A stretch of DNA of 64,000 nt from Lytechinus pictus. Taxonomy: Eukaryota. Every line of letters begins with the position of its first letter. Position 1 is the first letter of the stretch. The translations under genes and the position numbers were made by a program. The stretch is taken from assembly GCF_037042905.1 (NCBI RefSeq), contig NC_087247.1:19406001-19470000 (forward strand), given 5' to 3'. The notes under the pieces were generated by a model. The model ran no database searches. It was not told the origin of the DNA and saw nothing but the letters and a program-made list of their open reading frames with translations. Of the stretch, positions 59,538 to 64,000 are shown in pieces.

Positions 59538-60877
59538 CAGTGGCGTAGCTAGGATTTTTTTCCTGGGGGGTCCTTGCTTTTTCAGGGGGGCACCATTTTT
59601 TCCGTTGTGTGTGTATGTGTCACAAGGGCGGATCCGACTTTCGCCAATAGGGGACGGGGCCCGAAATTATCTTCACCTATATTTCCCCCGATCAGTCACT
59701 TCTTAGTTTTATTCTTATAGAACAACATAAACATGAAATAATCTCATAAGCCTTATAAAAAGTGCGTGCGCGAAGCGCGAGCGATTTTTGTTTTGTTACT
59801 TTCATGTATTTTGTCCTGAAAATGTAATATTCTGTGCAATGTTATGTGTGATCCTGAACAAGATTCGTATGTAACTAGATGGTTACTGCGAAGGCCAAGC
59901 GCGAGCAGAAATTTTTATTAACTGTTCTAGCATTATCGAAAAGGGACCTGTTAAGGACTGCTTACAGTTACCCACGAAGACGGTATATATTTCAATAATG
60001 CGAGCGCGAAGCGCGAGCAAATTTTTTTTGACATTCGGACCTAAAAAATTGTCATTCTAAGCACTTTTTGTATTAATAAATGGGATAGGAATGTAACTAA
60101 ACAATTGATGCGAGCGCGAAGCGCGAGAGGAAGAAAATTAAGATTTTAGACCTAAAAGCGGGACACTCTATTCATATTTTGTAAATCATAAATAGGATAT
60201 AGTTAATTGGGTATCATTAATAATGCGATCATGAAGCGTGAGCAGACAATTATTGATATTCTGATGTGAAACTGGATAATTTAAGTACACTTAATATAAA
60301 GAACATGCAGGCTATCGCGCATGTTTTAGATTTAGACCTAGAATCTGGGCAGTCTGAATACATTTGTTTAATGGAACATTATGAAATACACGTAGACAAT
60401 AGGAACTTGGCAAATCAAACAATTTGACCACGAAGCGTGAGCTTAAAAATGCTGATATGTAGACTATACAAGGGACATTTTACAGCTAGAACACTTAAAT
60501 TTGTTAATGAAAAAAAATTGATGAGAGCTCGATGTCCGAGCTAAAATATATTTTGTATTTTGACTTCAAACCTTGCTCCATATCAGCTTATTGAGCAAGA
60601 TATGAATTTCATCGAACAGGCAATTCTGGCGCGAAGCGCAAGCAAAAGTTTTATATAGTAACATGAAAGATTTGTTTTTTTTTGCAAGTCTTCCCTTCAC
60701 ATTATTTCATTCACTCGTCTTCCTCCTCTTATTTTTCTCTTTTTTTTTCTTCTGTCTTTCTTCTTCTTTTCCTTTTTTTTCTTCTTTCTCCTTTTTTTTT
60801 TGCTCTGCCAATTTTTTTTCAGGGGGGGCACCTGGGGGGGCACGTGCCCCCCCAGGCCCCCCGTAGCTACGCCACTG
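59538..60877. mobile_element. Non-autonomous hAT-like element, CAGTGGCGTAGCTA TIR, 8-bp TSD TTTACGCC
   Basis: TTTACGCC|CAGTGGCGTAGCTA ... TAGCTACGCCACTG|TTTACGCC; the interior has recurring GCGAGCGCGAAGCGCGAGC motifs. Confidence 0.88.
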
Positions 60878-60907
60878 TTTACGCCAACAGAATTTTGCAA
60901 GTACATG

Positions 60908-62046
60908 CAGTGGCGTAACTACGGGGGGTGCATGGGGGGCACGTGCCCCCCCCCCCCCCCCCCCCCCATCGGCTGCCCCCCCCCCAAAAAAAAAAAAACG
61001 GGGAAAAGGAGAAAAAGAGGGAGAAAGAAAGAAAAACATAGTGGGGGTAAATAAATTATTGTATATTATATATTACATTATATCATATTACAACTTTATG
61101 AAACATAATTTGCTTAGGGCCTATGTGTTCATCTTTCCTGGTGCTCGCATTGTCTGTTTGATTCATGTTGTACTAAAACATCCCGTTTTCAAGTCAATCA
61201 TGATATACACCAATATGCCTATAGTTGCAGTTAATATTTTTTATGTAGTGGCATAATATTATGCTTCTTTTTCATGATTACCTAAAGTGATTGCCCCCTT
61301 TCAATGTCTGAATATAAAACATTTCAAATCCGTACTTCCGTTCGCGTAAGAGGATAGGTGAGATATGTATGCTCTTCGCGAATTCCTTAAAAACAATTCT
61401 TAAAATGTCCCTTTTCTAGTCTGAATATCGAAAATTTTCAGCTCGCTTCATTTGTATAGTGAAATACTTATGGTCTTAGCCAATTCCTACGAACAAGCAT
61501 TAGAATGCACCTTTCAGGTTTGAATTTTAAAAAAAATTCAGCTCGCGCTTGCAATATTTGATTAGTGATATAAGTATCATGTTCATGATTACAATGACTA
61601 CAAAAAGTGTTTCATGTGTTTAAATGTAATTCTAACATAGGCAAGCGCTTGGCGCTCGCATTAGATGGCTATGGTGAGATATGTATGCTCTTCATGAATT
61701 TCTTTTTTAAAAAGTCCTTAAATATCCCTCTTTGGGGTCAATATATGCACACACAAAATTCAGCTCGCGCTTCGCGCTCGCATTGTTTGTTTAGTGAGAC
61801 AGGTATGTATCATGATTGTAAAAAATTGCGTATAATGTTCCCTTCTTAGGTCTGAATATAAAAATATTTCAGCTCACGCTTCGCGCTCGCATTAATTGGT
61901 TAGTGAGATACATATCCGTTTAATGGCACAATCCTTAAAATTTCTCTTTCAGGTCAGTATAGGCCTACATGGCAAGAGCGCGCTTCGCGCACCCAAATAT
62001 TTGCTGGTGCCCCCCCCCCAATGCCGTGACCCACGATACGCCACTG
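60908..62046. mobile_element. Related hAT-like non-autonomous element, degenerate 8-bp TSD
   Basis: AGTACATG|CAGTGGCGTA ... TACGCCACTG|AGTTCAAG (6/8 match); internal GCTCGCGCTTCGCGCTCGC motifs are in the opposite orientation to those of the preceding element. Confidence 0.75.
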
Positions 62047-62243
62047 AGTTCAAGTAAATACATATACATGTAAACATATTACATAAAAATATGCCAGACA
62101 ATATCCAAGATAACTTACCCATTTTGCAGTACTGAATATCCTGAAACAATACGTTGCATTTAAAGAAAAACATAACCACAAATATTATACATGACATGCA
62201 TCACTTTAACATAAGAACCCCATCTCTATAATGATGATATGTA

Positions 62244-62618
62244 CGGAGCCTTTAAAGTGCCATCGACTTGACGACTTGGCGAGATATTTTATCTTGCCAT
62301 GTCGACCAAATAACATTATATGTCGACATGGCAAGATATGAAGTGTCCAAGGCCCGGCGAGAGTCCAAATATCTCGCCAAGTTGACATAAAACTTTTTAT
62401 AAGTTGACTTGGCAAGATAACATATTTCGCCATGTTGACATATAACTTTTTATAAGTCAACTTGGCAAGATAATGTATCTCGCCATGTCGGCATATAACC
62501 TTTTTAAAGTCGACTTGGCGAGATAACGTGTCTCGCCATGACATAAAATGGTTATCATGTCGACATGGCAAGATAAAGTATTTCGCCAAGTCAAGTCGAT
62601 GGCACTTTAAAGGCTCCG
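62244..62618. mobile_element. MITE with TA TSD and ~28-bp perfect TIRs
   Basis: TA|CGGAGCCTTTAAAGTGCCATCGACTTGAC ... GTCAAGTCGATGGCACTTTAAAGGCTCCG|TA; internal short inverted/tandem repeats. Confidence 0.88.
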
Positions 62619-64000
62619 TAGATAAAATTTAAACTCCACATACTTCTATTAATATTCCGCCGTAGTTTTCTGGAATGTTTCCCCTTTGGTTTTGACTAAT
62701 ACAATGGCAATGAAGGAGCGCTTCATGAAAGGACTTGTATGACATATCATTAAATCACATTTTATCCAACGGCTACCACAGTAACAGTGCTTTTATCTAA
62801 TAAAATCAAGGGAAGTTGAACAATCCAACAACTGATGGACTGATGTAACCCAACGGTGCTGTAAAGAAAAATCTATTCAATGTTTGATTTAATGCTACTG
62901 GGAGAGCGTCATTACTTTGATCTGAACATGCTGAATAAACCGAACTTGTCTTTATCATTAAATGTTAGCTTAACAAGACTTAGTATTCCATTGTTTTGAA
63001 TTCATGTTGAAGCGATGTCAAAGTTAAACGACTTTGCTATTTCGGTTGCTCTTTAAAATCATGTATGCATAGGCGTCAACCAATAAATGACTACTACATT
63101 GATACATGAATTTGTTGATATTCCACTGATGAAATACTGTACATTCGCTTCGGTTCGTTTTCCATTTCAAACCTTTTGTTTTTCTTCTTAGATAAATTCA
63201 TAGGCCTATATTCATTCTACGTTTTACATAATATTCATACGCCTATGTGTGCATGTGTGTTTTGATTAAAAGAAAATAAAGAATATTGGAATTCAATTAT
63301 TTTCGTTTCCAAAAATCATATCATAATTCACACTTTTCTTTTTTATTGTCATCATGTCTCCCTTACTAATCAATGGCCATATCAACACGGTTACCAATAT
63401 TCAACGAACTTTATCAACTGTACCCTTGATAGAAGAATAAACTTGCAATATTCATAATTCAATTAACCTCATATTTGAGAAGAGAGAACCAAATTTAGGT
63501 CGGTGTCATTAAACAAATTTACTTTCCAGGGGACTCAGTTTACCTTCTTTTCCTGCTCTTTCTGGAGCACGAATTCCTCAGTGCGATGCTTATAATTATA
63601 TTGCGCTGAACAGGCAGGGGGTAAAGGGGCTGATCGTATGGATCATTTCCAACAGTGGCATGTGAGTAATAAACCACTTGTTATTGTTTTTGTTTTTTAT
63701 TGATGAGTATTCCATTTGCATTGCCAATGAGCATGTTGTTTTTAAAGATTTTGAAATATTCATTAAAAAATGAATGTTGTTGACGTACTTGGTTTTGCTC
63801 TATGCCGTTTTTCACGAGTTGAGAAGGACTCTCGCTCAATACGAGGCTATACAACTTTAAATACTGGGCTTATATATCCTGAAATTAATATTCAACATGA
63901 TTATCTTATCACAAACTCAATGAGAGGGTGTGAATTTCTTTTGTGAGAATAGCCTACATGTGATATCATCCACTGCCAGTTTACCCCCATGCTCGTAGAG

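Noticed and set aside
63540-63670. Possible 5' exon of a downstream gene (GTGAGT donor at ~63662)
   Set aside because: There is only a donor-like hexamer, with no ORF or other support inside the window.

Overview
AT-rich, intron-containing eukaryotic genomic DNA. An invertebrate deuterostome such as a sea urchin is my inference from the repeat and GPCR style; it is not proven. There are three protein-coding genes. Two are intronless rhodopsin-class GPCR paralogues on the minus strand (3288-4619 and 25684-27018) lying in a ~22.4-kb-period tandem segmental duplication. The third is a PARP3 orthologue with 11 coding exons on the plus strand (45910-55574, 530 aa, intact H-Y-E triad) and a probable non-coding first exon near 36.7-36.9 kb. 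Almost everything else is transposon-derived: tRNA-derived SINEs, an L2/CR1-type LINE fragment with nested MITEs, a Penelope-like fragment with a hammerhead-ribozyme motif, a Helentron-type element, many MITEs with readable TSDs, a 3.4-kb TGT...ACA foldback element, a 6.4-kb non-autonomous TIR element, and a recent ~2.9-kb x4 tandem amplification. The most interesting signals are: (i) GPCR paralogue divergence concentrated at canonical ligand-pocket positions while the 3' flank is nearly identical; (ii) the 6.4-kb element, which carries a long GAA-capped DNA hairpin and Pol III/tRNA-like cassettes near both ends; (iii) an apparent Tc1/mariner excision footprint visible by comparing the two duplicated units. 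I found no prokaryotic-type system such as CRISPR. Novelty cannot be established without database searches.
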